Positions 1 through 13,100 are shown, counted from the first letter of the whole stretch. The stretch is 63,322 nt of DNA, filler included, from Olpidium bornovanus S191 (GCA_017911155.1; 27 parts of 27 records of this genome joined end to end with filler, not necessarily neighbours in it), one strand, 5' to 3'. Numbers and translations: made by a program. The notes: a model not told the origin generated them from the letters alone.

Positions 1-91
1 CATGTCCTCGTTTTCCATTTCCGTTCTTCCTTCGCTTCCGTCCACCCAGTCGTGGCACGAAAGAAGTCCGAACCGCGGGCCGGCGGCATCC

Positions 92-152
92 CCCGAGAGG
101 AGAGGAGAGAGGACAGGAGAGAAAGAGAGAGAGAAGAGAGAGAGGCTGAGAG
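92..152. repeat. (GA)-rich microsatellite
   Basis: gagaggagaggagagaggacaggagagaaagagagaga... Confidence 0.8.
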
Positions 153-214
153 AAACGCGTCAAATCGATCACATTCCGCCTCCTCCACTCGGCCCCCCGC
201 ACTTCCCCCCCCCC

Positions 215-272
215 TGCACTCCCCTTCCCCGCACTCCCCTTCCCCGCACTCCCCTTCCCCGCACTCCCCCCC
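215..272 (+). repeat. 15-bp minisatellite (GCACTCCCCTTCCCC) x ~3.5
   Basis: Tandem units are directly visible. Confidence 0.85.
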
Positions 273-398
273 ACCCCCTTTGTCGCTGTCTCTCCGCTTC
301 CTCGCGCGCCTCGAGCTCCTCCGTCCCCGTCGCCACCCTTCCCCACCTCCACCCCCACCCCCCCACCGCCGCTCCTTCGGCCGCCCAGAACTACACGC

Positions 399-3300
399 AT
401 GCCGGTCGCAACCGGCGGCCGGCCGCGAGATCACTTCGAGCGGCTGCGCGATGATCAGCGGGAGTCGGCAGCCGTCGCGCTCCCGGCCGAGGCCGCCTGC
501 GCTTACGACGCCGGCCGCGTGCGCCGGCTCGTCGCGCAGCTGAACAGGGTCGTGGCGCTGAAGATTCCCAGCCGCTCGGGCGCCCTGGGGAAGGGCGGCG
601 GCGGCGGCGGATCGGGCCCGGCCTTCGCCGTCGCCGAAACCGCCGGCGGGGGAGGCGACGAGGTCGGGGTCGAAGAGGTTGGGGACGAGGAGGCCGGGGA
701 CGAAGAGGTCGGGGACGAGGAGGCCGTGGACGAGGAGACCGAGGACGACGAAGCCAAGGCAGAACGGGGGCCCGGCGGCGGCGGGGGGCCGTTCCGCGGT
801 ACGGACGGCGCGCGGCAGCGCCGGCGGGCCGGCTCCAGCGCCGCCGCAGCCGCCGTTGCCCGGAAGAGGCTGGCGGCCGTCCGGAGGGAATGCGCCGAGG
901 TCAGGTCCGAGGTGGGCGACCTGCGCGGCCGGGTGTCGGATGTCCTGCTCAAGTTCTCGTCGAACCTCGCCGAGGCGCAGCGGATCTTCGCGCGGGTTAC
1001 CCGCGAGGTCGCGCGCAAGACGTCCGAGACCGTGGCCGCCCAGCTGCGGGAGCAATACCGGGCGGCCAACGCCGAGCTCGAGGCCCGCCTGGCCCAGGCG
1101 AAGCGGGACCTCGAGGCCGCGGAGAGAAGGGCGGAGGAGGCGGGGCCCCCTCCGACCGATGACGACGGCGGCCCGGGCGACAGGGCCGCCGCCGAGCGGG
1201 AGCGCCACCGCGAGTCGCGCCTGCGCCGGGAGGCGGAGAGGGAGCTCCGCGACCGGCGTCAAGAGTGGGACGCCGAGCGGGCCGACCTCGAGGCCCGCCT
1301 GGAGCAGGCGCGGGAGGCGCTGGAGGCGGAGCGGCAGGAATCGAAGGCCAGGACCCGCTCGCTGAGGCAGGAGATGGCTCGCGACCAGGACGAGTTCCTG
1401 CGCCGCTGCGCCGAGTTCCAGGCCGAGGTCGACGGGCTCCGCGGTCAGCTGCGGGACAGAGCCGACCGGTGGGAGGACCTGCAGAAGCAGGAGCGCGCGA
1501 ACAGGGCCGTCGTCGACGAATTGTGCCGGCTGCGGAAGGACTCGGCGGCGGCGGGCGACGACGGCGGCGGCAGCGGCGAACCGACGCCGAGGCCCTACCA
1601 AGCGGTCGAGGCGGAGGAGCTCGCGCGGGTCCGGAGGGAGCTCGAGCGGTCGCGGGCGGACGGGGAGGAGAAAACCCGCAGGCTCCAAAAGCAGCTGGAC
1701 GACTGCCGGCGGGAGCTCGGCCGCCGCGCGCACGACGTCGCGGACCTGCGCGCGGAGCTGCAGAGCCGCGGGGCCCCCAGGGTCCGCTTCGCCCCCTCGC
1801 CGGAGGGCTCCCGTGGGGAAATCGCCGCCGGCGTGAGGAAGCAGCAGCGGGGCGCCGAAGAGCTGGACCGCCTGCGGGAGGACGTCGCCGCAACGAAGCA
1901 GCGGGAAGCGGAGGCGGTCGCCGCCTGCCGGGACCTGGAGGCCAGCCTGCGGCACACCGAGCAGGTGCTGGAAACGAACCTCACGGAGTTCGCCGCGGAG
2001 CGGGAAAATCTCAGAGAGAAGAACCGGTCGCTGTACCATGACCTGAAGGAGAAGCAACGGGCGGTGGATGTTCGAGAAGAAGAAGCCGGGGCGGAGATCG
2101 AATCGCTCCGCACCTGGGTCCACAAGTTGCGCCACGCGGAAAAGGCGGCGAGAACGGCGCAGGCCGCGCAGGAGGCGGCAGAAAACGAGGCGGCGAGGCT
2201 GAGGGAGGCGCTGCAGAACCTTCGTAACGAGCTCAAGACCGCCGAAGCAGCCCGGGCAGCGAGAGAGGACGCCGAAGTCGGACGCGCTAAACTCCAAGAG
2301 ACGATCCACCAGCTCCGCGAAGCGCAGGCCGACGCGAACGCCGCGCGCCAGAGGGCCGAGTCCGAGCTGGAAAATGCCCGGAGGGACTTCGGCCTGAGTG
2401 AGAAAATCTTCCTCGCCGAAGCGGACCGGCTCCGCGCCCGGGTTTCGGCGCTGGAGGCTTCCCTCGCGAATTTCGCCCGCCACTCGCGGGCTTCCGACGC
2501 CGACCGGCTGCGGGGCCAGGAGTCGGAAAACTCGGCGAACGTGCGGCGCACCGCGCAGCTCGAGAGGGCGCTCGGTTCAGCAAAGCGGGAACTGGAGAGG
2601 GTCAAACGCGACGCCCGGGTTCAGGCCGACAGGCTGAACGACGAGCTGGTTGCGGCCAAGGCCGCGGGCGACGAGGTCCGGCGGCTGCGAACCGAGGTAA
2701 AAGCGTTGAGACAATCGAGGTACCCGTCGCCAAATTCGGACGATTTCGTACCACATGCCGGCAGCGACGACGGTGGCGGCGAGGGGACCGCCGATGGTAT
2801 CAATCCAAGGGACGCCGACGAACTCGGTCGCCTCCGCGGGCGGGTGCGCCTCCTGAAGACGACGCTAGAGGAGGCACGGCGTGAACAGAAGGCCAAGACG
2901 GCCGGCGCGCGGTCCCAGCTGTCGGAAAAGGTGCGTGCGGACCTGGCGCGGATCCCGGGGCTCGAGGCGGAGGTCGAGAGGTTGCGCCACGAGCTGGCCG
3001 ACGGGTTGGAGCTCGAGTCCAAGCTGAGCGCGGCGGAGGCCCGGGTCCACCAGCTGGAGGGCGAAGCCGTCGCCAGAGACTCCAAGTTTGCCGACGCCCT
3101 CGCGGAACTCCGGCTTCGGGAGGCGGAACTCGCCGTCGCGGAGGAGAGGTGCGGGTCCCTGAGGCGGACGGAGCAAGAACGTTCGGCGGAGCGCGCATCG
3201 TTCGAGGAGGAGGCGAGGCGGCTGCGCGAAGCCGCTGAAGTGGAAATTGAGATTATCAGAGAAGAAAGGGAGACGCTGCGTGACCAGCTGCAAGCTTGCC

Positions 3301-4742
3301 GGAAGTCGCTCGAGGCGGTGGAAGACTCATTGGCAGAGACGAAGGTCTCACACACGGACGAGATACGTGCAATGCAGACGGGACACGAAGAAATTGTCGC
3401 CCAAAAAGCGGAACAGTGGACAGAGAGACGCGTCGAACTCGAACGGCGAGTCGTTATGCTCCAGGAAGAGTGCGGCCTGTTGCGGCAAGAGCTCGACGAA
3501 ACCACTCGCGCAGCCAGGCATAACGTGCGTTGTCGCGGGGCGCCCTCCGTCGTAAAGGGGAGGAAAAAAAAACAAAAAAAAAACAGGAACGTCGCAAAAA
3601 ACTGAGCGCGCCTCGGATTAATTTTCTAGGAGCGGTCGGCGTCGTCGCCGGACTTGGACCCGCGAACACGGCCCCCGGACAGCCGCGTTCGCGGGCCACG
3701 AGACCAATACGACGTCCGGCCGCCGGAAGGAGACGCAAGTCCCGGTCGTAGCACGGACGGGCAGGCGCCGCCGCCGCGGGCAGACGAGTTGCCTTCGCCG
3801 AGCCAACTTTCGGACGCGTGCCCCACAAGCACAGTCCGCCTGGCGGCGGCCGGACAGGACGAGAAGAAAACCGCTGCGGACTCAAAAGAAGAAGCCCCCC
3901 CTGGCGATCTTCGGCCGCGACTTCCCGTCGGAGGCCACCGGAGGCGGCGGTCCGGCCTCGGGAGGCAAATTTCCGAACCTCCTCCCCCTCCCGCTCCTCC
4001 GAACGGCCTCGTCCCCGACGCTCGTGGCGACGAGCGCGACGTCTACGACGACGACAACGACGACCACGACGACGACCACGACGACGACCACGACGACGAC
4101 CACGACGACGACCACGACGACGGTCACGACGACGGCTGCAAACAGGCGGCGCTCCTCTCCCACCTGAGGCGCCAGGCTGGCGCTCTGCAGCGAAAGTGCG
4201 CGTCGCTTGCGGGCGAGATCGAGCTCACAAGGCAGCTGGAGGCGGACGCGGCGTCAGCGTCGTCGTCGTCGGTGTCGTCGTCGTCGGTGTCGTCGTCGTC
4301 GATGACGTCGTCGTCCAGGTCGCTGTCGAGCGCGCTCGCGGTGGCGGGAAGCAGCGACGGCGGGGGCGCTTCCGAGCCCGGCGACGGCGGCGGCCGCGCG
4401 GCGAAGGCGCGGGCGCTAGTCGAGGGGCTGGACGAGGACCACGCGCGGCACGTCGCGGCGCTCAGGTCCAAGGCCAAAGAGCTGCGGCAGTCGCTCCTGA
4501 ATGCTGCGCGGGCGGGGCGGGGCGCCGGCGCGGGCCGCGCGCCGCGGCGGCGGGACCAGCGGCAACGGCAGGTGCAGGAGGAGGCGGACGGTCTGATCGC
4601 GGAAGTCGACGCCGTCTTGGGACGGTGCGGGGCGCTCGAGCGGCGCCTTCGGCCCGCCGCCCCCGAGAGCCGGCGCCACCGCCACGCGCTCCCGCGCGCG
4701 GGCGCCGCGGTCCGCGGGAACGGCGTGGACGGGCGGCGGTGA
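399..4742 (+). CDS. Large coiled-coil protein of unknown family (~1410 aa, two exons 399-3524 and 3630-4742)
   Basis: The 1068-aa E/R/A/L heptad-rich ORF joins the 3654 ORF in frame through a phase-0 intron (AAC|GTGCGT at 3525 ... TTTTCTAG|GAG at 3629). No catalytic motif seen; the start codon is uncertain. Confidence 0.75.
4040..4135 (+). repeat. Coding 12-bp tandem repeat (GACCACGACGAC)n encoding (HDDD)n
   Basis: Directly visible; translates as DDDNDDHDDDHDDDHDDD in the 3654 ORF. Confidence 0.9.
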
Positions 4743-4819
4743 CGCGCGCGCGGTCCTTCCTCCTCCTCCAGTCCGTCACGCCGCGGCGGGGAGGCAGGCG
4801 GGGGGAGGGGAGGAGGGGG

Positions 4820-4919
4820 NNNNNNNNNNNNNNNNNNNNNNNNNNNNNNNNNNNNNNNNNNNNTTAATTAATTAANNNNNNNNNNNNNNNNNNNNNNNNN
4901 NNNNNNNNNNNNNNNNNNN
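4820..4919. other. Artificial 100-nt contig linker (N-run + TTAATTAATTAA six-frame stop + N-run); 26 such linkers separate 27 contigs
   Basis: The same cassette recurs at 7118-7217, 10602-10701, 13176-13275 and onward to 62140-62239. Confidence 0.99.
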
Positions 4920-5333
4920 TCATGTGTTTCTTAAAGACACTTTTTAAAAAAAATCTACACAAAAAATACACTCAAAAGTAGCGGAAAATAGCAAAATTTT
5001 AACGCCCGTATTCTTAACCCTTTGGGATTTCTGTCTGGGGGGGGAGGAGGGGTGGTGGAAGTTGGCCACATTCACACTTCCGCGCGCAATGGACACTATG
5101 GTTGCGACGACTTCCCCTTTGAATATGGCAGCGTGCTTTGGACATTGCTGCGCTTTCTTTCTTCAGCGATGACGGTAGAGCTTCGCAGAGTCCGGGAAAG
5201 GCGTTCTTGGCGAGGGTGGGGTTAGGTGAGGGGAGGGAATGGCAGGGGGCGAGGGGGCGAGGGGGATGGTGCAAGTTCGGTGACAGCAGTTACCCTCCAC
5301 CAACGCTTTTCTCCCGCCAGAAACAAAAACTCC

Positions 5334-7117
5334 ATGGTGCGTGCCTCCACTGTCGGAACATGCTGCCTTGCTGACGCTCTTGGGCCGAGGAAAGCTGCTC
5401 TCCGTTCGTCCCGAGGACGCGCGGATTGGAAGCTCTCCGAAAGTGCATGAGCTGGGCGCACGGAAAGGAACGAATGCGAATGAAATCAACGTGTGCACCC
5501 TTGATGGCCGGCGGAGAGCGCAGACACGGTAGCCCCGAGGCGCTCACCACAGCGTGCCGCGCGAGGGGGCCGCGCGCGCTGGCCACCGCAAGTGGATTCC
5601 CACGCGCAACATTACTTTGCACCGGTGCGCACAGCGCCGGGAAACGCGAAGTTCGTGGTTTTGGCGGACAGCAAAAGCGGCCCCGCAAAGAGACCGCGTA
5701 CTCGCGGCCGGAACACCAGTCGCGCGCCCTTGGCGCCTGAGAACGAAGAGCTGGAGTTTGATGTCGCTCGCCGGCTGACTGTTGGTCCCGCGCATCTTAT
5801 GAACGCTGCGTTTCTGCCGGCTCACCTCGATTCGCAGTCTCACGTAGAACTATTGACTCCAGAAGGTAGTGTCCACTATTCCCACACCAGTTAACGGCGG
5901 CAGTGGTTATTCCGGACGATGGGCGAAATGTTTACGGCGTTCTTCTCGGAAATCGAAGGCCTCCGCATTGACGGTAGGCGGGCCGGCGAGATTCGCAAGC
6001 TCACCTGCCGGACGGGCGTGATGGCGCAGGCGGACGGCTCCTCGTATGTGGAGTTCGGGAACACCAAAGTTCTTGCGACGGTTTACGGGCCGAGGGAGGG
6101 GTGTGTGACCGTTGCCGGCGGTTCGGCGTATTTGGTCGTCACGGTTTATGCGCGTTCATGACCTCAGACTTTGCTCGTCAACAGGCGCGGCACCGAAGCC
6201 TCGTTCAGCACGATAGGGCACTGATCAACGTTGAGTACAACGTCGCGCCGTTCAGTATGAACGAGAGAAAGAAAAGGTCCAAGGGTGACAAGTACGTGGG
6301 AACTCCTTTGTGGAATTGCGGAGGCTTCACTTGTCGGTCGTGGTTGGCAAAGGAAATGGTGTGCTGGTCCGAATGCGCGGGGCGGATGTGTGGTCTTTGC
6401 TGCTGACGGGCGATTTGTGCTACTGTGAACAGGCGGTCATTGGAAGTAGCGTCATCCGTGAAGCAAACGTTCGAGCCGGTGATTTTGACCAACCTGTATC
6501 CGAAGTCGCAAATAGATATATATCTCCAATTGCTGCAACACGACGGAGGCAAGTTGATCATAAGCCCAGCGCGTGAGCCGAGGCCTACTTGCAGTTCGTA
6601 GAATTTACGCCAGATTTTTCTTTTTTTTTTCTCCGTGCCGTAATAGGTACGCTTCAGGCGTGCATCAACGCGAGCACGCTTGCTTTGATCGACGCTGGCA
6701 TACCAATGCTGGATTACGTCTGCGCAACGACAGCTGGGTGCGTTGGAGGGACACCAATTCTTGGTCAGTGTGTTGATGCTGTCGCAGATTTCTTTCTCAC
6801 TGGCCTCCTGCGAGATTCTGCTGTTTGTGGAAGCGGTGTTGGTTGCCCTCGCAATCCGCCGTATTTACCAACGAACTTGAAATTGTGTGCCCTTTTTATT
6901 TGTAGATCTGAATCAGATAGAAGAGTCATCGGAAAGCCCAGAGCTGACGGTGGCGTTGCTTGCTCGGAGCGAAAAAATAACTCTGCTTCAGGTACGCATG
7001 AATCCGCTCTTGTTTGTGGTCATTTGCTGCATCCCACGTCGGCACAATTACCCACTGTTTTCGCTGCGCGCTTGGCGAATGACGGCCCGGAATCTGTGGT
7101 GGCTGAAGATGGAGTCA
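5334..7117 (+). CDS. RRP41: Exosome complex component Rrp41/Ski6 (RNase PH fold), multi-exon, 3'-partial
   Basis: Exons read [10 protein letters not shown] / [14 protein letters not shown]...[23 protein letters not shown] / [19 protein letters not shown] / [20 protein letters not shown] / [24 protein letters not shown] / [16 protein letters not shown] / MES. The start at 5334 is inferred, and one junction near 6100-6185 was not resolved. Confidence 0.92.
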
Positions 7118-7217
7118 NNNNNNNNNNNNNNNNNNNNNNNNNNNNNNNNNNNNNNNNNNNNTTAATTAATTAANNNNNNNNNNNNNNNNNNNNNNNNNNN
7201 NNNNNNNNNNNNNNNNN

Positions 7218-10200
7218 CATGGAGGTCCTCACAGCACTCCTGTACAAGGCCTGTGCGCGGCGGTCCTATAAATGTATTGCGTACCTGCTGGGACGCGGCG
7301 CGTCCATTAGCCCGCGGGATGACATCAGTGGAAGGACGTTACTGCACTGTCTGGCAATTTCAGGTGGTGCCCTCCCTTCTCGAGAACGCGGATCAACCGC
7401 CTGGCGAATGGAATTTCCGCTCACGAGCAAGGGGTCAGAGAACAAGCTATTCGGGACTGATACGGTCAGAACTCTCCCGATTCTCAGGTTTTGAGTCGTC
7501 ACGTTACGCGCCCTTCTCTTATTCTTCAACTTTGTTCCGGCAAGGTAGAGGGAAGAGGAGACGAGACTGCAAGCAGGGCAGGATGACCCAACGCTCATTT
7601 CTTTTATCTTGGACAATATTCCCACGAAGCGTGGCTGGTCTCTTCCAGACCTGCGCGGTAGGCGGCCGCTTCATTATGCGGCGCTGAACGGTTACGCGAA
7701 CATCGCCAAAGTGCTCGTTAAGGCCCACATGGAAGGAGTCGCCGCTGCCGAGAGTTTCATGAGCGCTAGCAAGGGGAATTGCTCTCCATTCACCCCCCCT
7801 TGCTGGTGCGATAATGACGGGTACACGCCGTTATTCTACGCCGTCCTCCAAGGGCACACCGAGGTGGTTAAAGTTTTTATCGAGGATGGAGGTCAACGCG
7901 ATGTTGACGTTATTGTGAGCGGTAAGTCGAAGCGTTCTAGACGTATAGGCAGGAGCACCGCAAGCTGACATCGTTTCCAGATACTGCCGATCCACTGCCG
8001 AGTCCTTCGGTGGGCGGTGTACCCCAGGTCCCAAACACTGGCACGTCTGGGGAAGGGTTAATCCGTTCGGGTATACTGAGCAACCCAGTCCAAGTTCACC
8101 TGCGGAGCTCGCATACCCCTCTTGCGATAGCCTGCAAGCTTGGTCACTTTGAGATTGTGTCGTTGCTGACGCGCAATGGCGCCAACGTGAACCACAGGGA
8201 CGATGAGGGCGAGACGCCGCTCCATGCTGCGGCGAAGGGCGGCTTCTGGAGATGTGTGGCAGTGCTGACGGGACAATTCGGGTGCTTTCACTCGTCCGGT
8301 GACGATGATAGTAATGTCGGCGAGACGAACGAAGACTTCTCAGTCTTAAGTCAGGACACCTCTAACAGTCCCAAGGCCCAAATAGACGCCAGGGAAAGTG
8401 TGTTCTCTTGGACGCCTCTTTTCTTTGCAGGTGGGATCCCGCGAGAACCGCTTCTGTTATGCGTCGTATGCTAGTTGCATCCCTTATGCTCTTCGCTTCG
8501 CCGTTGCTCGAACAGCTGTCGAAGGGCACCTCAAGTGCATACGGATACTGCTGCTTGCCGGTGCAAACCCTTCGTTGACGGATATCAGCGGTTGGAACCC
8601 TCACGAGCACGCTGTTTTTCGCGGACACATGCGAATAGCGTCGCTGTTGAAACCGTTTATTATGGGGCACCCGGAAATCCCATCACGCGTGACCACGTTA
8701 TCTCCTACGTCGTCGGTAGAGGAGGCCGAGCCAGTGTTCGGCAAGGTGGCTGCGAAAGCAGACTACGGGCAGGATAAGGAGACTGACCGCAGAGCTACCC
8801 CGACGAGCCCGAGATCGCCAATGTCTCAAAGCCGGACGAACAGCGATGCGCAGCGTGCCTACGGACACCGTTACCTTGACAAACAGTCCATGGTGATTGT
8901 AACCCTGGGTACGACGGACTCACGCCACCCAGTCGCTCCAGTGGAACTGTATAATACGCGAATGCCTATGGCATCGTTTATGCCCGCTACATCAGTCTCT
9001 CTGGTCATCTCGGCGTCTAACGCCACGGGCGAGCCCGTTATCATCGACCTTCCCGTCCGCGAGCACTCAACCGAACCGGCCGTGTTCTACACCGATGCGG
9101 TCGAGAACGTGGTCCTCAGATTTGATGTCTTGCCAACGTATGGCACCAGGAAGCAGCTTATTGGCCGAGCCGTGGCCCTCCTTACATCCGTGAAAACTCC
9201 ACTCGGCAAGGACCGCACACCTCTCGCCGGTTCCGTCACAGTCCCGATTATCGCTTCCGACAGTCTTGAGGTCATCGGAACGGCGGTTTTTGAATTTCTT
9301 GTCATCAAGCCGTTTTCGCATCCACTGGCTGTTGCCAGCTCCGGGACGTACTGGAAATCGGTGACCACTAAGGTGAACAATAAAAAGGAGGACGCGAAGG
9401 CCTCTGACGAACTTTTGCTGCCTTTCAGCGGCAGTTGGTAACCCGGCCTTCCCATCCAGGTGATCGGACACCGAGGATTCGGAGCAAATCGCTTGGGCAC
9501 CAGAACATTGCAGGTCGGAGAAAACACTCTGCTATCTTTTATTACCGCGGCATCGCTGGGAGCTGAGTACGTGGAGTTTGGTAGGTCGAGAATCCTTGCT
9601 TTTCCTGAGCTTACCAGTGGAGGTGCACAGGTGATTCACGCAACGGTTCTCGCATATTCCACGAGGCCAGACGTTCAGCTCACAAAAGACAAAGTCCCGA
9701 TTATTTACCATGATTGGAACGTCAGTGAGACTGGGGTCCAGGTCCCGGTCAGCGCGATAACACTTGAGGAGTTTTTGAATTTGAGGGCTGAAAGGAGAAA
9801 GTCGACGGTGGATGATACGGAAAGAAGAGCCAGGGCGGGTTCCGATGCGGGGACAATAGAGGCGGGCCCTGCCAAGAACGGTCCCGCCGGGGCCCCAACG
9901 GACTCTGCCGGAGATCTCGCGCGCGGCGCGAAGCCGAAATCTTCGGCGCCTTTTGAAACCCGCGCATCGCGATCCGTAAGCTTGCACATACCATTAGAAC
10001 GTGGGAAAGCGGAAAAAAAAGAGAAAAGAAGGGTGAATGGTAATCTGCCGGGAACCGTGCAAGCTCCTTTCGTCACGCTGCGGGAGACACTGCAGGTGAG
10101 ATCGTTTTAGATGAGTTTCGAGGGTAGATCCCCCTGCGTTATCGGCGAGTACCAGGGGGGCTTGAACTTGGACGCCAGTACCTTTTGCAAAGCTCTGAGG

Positions 10201-10601
10201 TTAACCTGCCTATTTGGCCCTTATGAAAACCAGAAAGTTCCCATGGACACCGGGTTTAACATTGAGCTGAAGTACCCTATGGTCGACGAGGCGGAGGCTT
10301 ACGACATTCGGGAGGCGTACGAACTAAACGTTTTTGTCGACGCCGTTCTACTATGCGTCTATCAGCACGCGGGGGCCCGAAGCATCATCTTCAGCAGTTT
10401 TCACCCGGATGTGTGCATGATGCTTAGCTGCAAACAACCCAATTACCCTGTCTTCTTCCTCACCGACGCCGGGACGAGTCCCATGGCCGACGTGCGGTGC
10501 CAAAGCATTCGAGAGGCCGTTTGCTTCGCCAAGACGGCCAACCTCCTCGGGATCGTTTCAGCCAGCGATCCTATCATCGAGGCACCAAAGCTTGTCCAGA
10601 C
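7218..10601 (+). CDS. GDE1: Glycerophosphocholine phosphodiesterase Gde1 (ankyrin repeats + GDPD domain), partial at both ends
   Basis: Ankyrin motifs GRTLLH, GRRPLHYAA, GYTPLFYA, GETPLHAAA, WTPLFFA and GWNPHEHA are followed by GDPD motifs IGHRG..N...ENT, EFD (split by an intron), VQLTKD.VPIIYHD, NIELKYP and IIFSSFHPD. Confidence 0.93.
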
Positions 10602-10830
10602 NNNNNNNNNNNNNNNNNNNNNNNNNNNNNNNNNNNNNNNNNNNNTTAATTAATTAANNNNNNNNNNNNNNNNNNNNNNNNNNNNNNNNNNNNNNNNNNN
10701 NAAAAAAAAAAAAAATAATACGTCGTGAGACGGATGAGACGCGCGCCGAGTTCAGCGGCGACCCCCCGAGAGGGGCTTCTTGTCGAGCGCCGGCGAGGGG
10801 CAGAAAAGAAGGAAAGCAGTATTATCGTAC

Positions 10831-13100
10831 CTTCTCGTCGTACTGCTCCATTGGCTTTTGCGGGACGGCGGGCCGCGCGTAATGCGGGTCCAAATAAAAC
10901 AATTGGTCACCTGTATATCAAACGAAAAAGGAATCGTCATTCACATCTCTCTCGCGTCCCCCCTCCCACCCCCCCTCCCCACTCTTCCCCACAAACCGCG
11001 ACGCGATGGTCGTTCTGGACAGCGTACCTTCGTAACCCACAAAATACAGCGATGAACACGGCCGGCCGCTAGGTGCCGTAGACAAAAACGTGGCCCGAGG
11101 CGCCTCAAGTAAGATGGTACATACCAAATCGCGGCACGCCTTCCGTTGCTTCATCAACCCACCCGAAATCTACGAACGTGCTGACTCACCCGGCGATGCC
11201 AACGCTCTGTGGAAAGGTAAAATAGGCCTTCAGAGCCGGGTAGTACACGGGGTTGAGGTTATCCGTCCCCAGCCGGATAGGTATAAGAATTAGTATTGGT
11301 TGGAAACTTCTTTCGAGCTCGTCCCCTGCTCGCTGTCCGGTCTCCGAGTCCCCGGGGATTTTCTGCTGAAGCTGCTGCTCCTGCTGCCGCTGTCGCTGCT
11401 CCTGCTCCTGCTGCTGCTGCTGCTGCACGCGAGATGCGTAGCCCTCGCAGGCTCTAATAACTTCGTCGCGGTAGACGACGCCATCGTTTGCCACGTGGAC
11501 GACCAAGCCAATTTCAGTTTGGCCGGAGACCAGTACCCTTTCAGTTATATCAAGTATCAGCGCAATTCTTTAAGTGCCGACGGCAAACGCAACTCAGTTG
11601 GCCCCCCCGGAGCATTGGGATCCCGAACGATCACCTGATAACTTGCGAAATCGTGGACGGCCCGAACCATTGGCCGATATCTTTGTCAAACTGTTTCCCG
11701 AGCAGAGCGATCTTGTGGATCGAGAACGGACTCCTGGCCGAGAACTCGTCGAGCATCGAGATGACGATGCGCGCGTACTTCCGCCATTGATCGTCCTCTG
11801 ACTTGGCCACCCGTCTCCACCCTCGGCCCAGGAAGTGGAACAGCAGTGCCTGTGCCAGCAGAGACTGGCCTGACCGGAGCATGCAGCCCCACCCGACGTC
11901 GGACGTGTACACTGCCGGCCGGATTGGCGGATAGCCGGTCCGGTAGGTGAACCAAAGCCGGGAGTGAAAGTCCAGGTAGAACGTTTCCGGCAGAGGGCGG
12001 TTCGGACGTCTCTGCGGCTGCGGTGCGGTGGTGTCGGTGGGATCATGGGGCGCCAGCCTCCCACGTTTTTGCTGCTCCGCCATGGAGTCCTGGGCCGCGC
12101 CCTGCTGGTCGGCAACGTTCGATCTACCGTTCCCTCCCGCGCCAGCTTTCGCCGTGTCCTCTGAGTGCGAGCCAGCAGGCGCGGCAGCGGCAGGCCAAGA
12201 GACAGACGTCGGCTGCAACTCGCCTTCCTCTGCACTGAACGCGGTCTGGGCATCTCCGGCGACAGCTCCTGGAACCGGGCCAGTGGGCAAGGACCGATTA
12301 GACGCGGGAATCTGTCCAGTTTCCGCCCTTTCCGGCTCTCGGGATAGTTTTCCTGCCGTCCCGTTCCCCTCGTCCTCCGACTCCTCCTTCGCACAGCGGA
12401 TTTCGCCGCCGGGCGGCCGTTTGTTGTTCCCCGAGGCGAGCGGTGCGTACGGGACGCCCAGCAGCCACGCCAGCCCGGACGCGGTGCCGACAAGCGGAGA
12501 CTTCGCGGCGACTGCGGCGGCGGCGGCGGTGGTGGCGTCGGCGTTCCTGGCGCTGGTGGCCGCGGTCCAGATGGAGCTGAACCACCCTACAAGCTTCGTC
12601 TGCAGGTCGTTTGCTTCGCTGGCCGTTTCGTCCAGGACAGCCACGGGGGACTGTTGTTTGCCGCCCGCGCCGTCGTTCCAGCCCTGCGGCGCGTCGGCGT
12701 TCCCCACGTCAGGCGGAGCCGGCGACGGCGCAGAGACCGACGTGGCGCCGCGTTCCTTGCCCGGCCGACGCCCCTTCGTCGCGGCATCGGCCGCGGTGGT
12801 GTCGGCGCAACCGGTATCGGAGCGCGGAGGCATCGGCCCGGCACCGGCGCTCTGCGGGCCGTCGCCCGCTGCAGCTTCCGGAGGGGCCAGCGGAGGCCGA
12901 GCGCCGGGCAGTCGGTCAGCACCCGGTGCGACCGGATCGTCGGTTTCGGAACCGGGCGGCGGCTGCGGCGGCGGCGGAGAGCAGGGCGGGCGACGAGACC
13001 CGCAGCGGGTGGAAGAAGAAGACCCGGCGGCGGGGGAGCCGGGGCAAGTCACCGAGGACGGCATCAGGGCGGTTCCGTGCGTCAGCGACGCTTGCGCCAT
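10831..13100 (-). CDS. ATG4: Autophagy cysteine protease Atg4 (peptidase C54) with long N-terminal extension, 3'-partial
   Basis: [27 protein letters not shown] (catalytic Cys), PFSIH, GQWFGPS, LIPIRLG..NLNPVY, QSVGIAGGRP.SSLYFVG, and exon 10831-10908 [10 protein letters not shown] (catalytic Asp/His). Confidence 0.95.

Noticed and set aside
503-3505. Long antisense ORFs (188-336 aa) opposite the coiled-coil gene, and similar ones opposite Kel1 and the kinase
   Set aside because: These are the expected shadow ORFs of GC-rich, codon-biased genes; they are S/R/A-rich and lack motifs.
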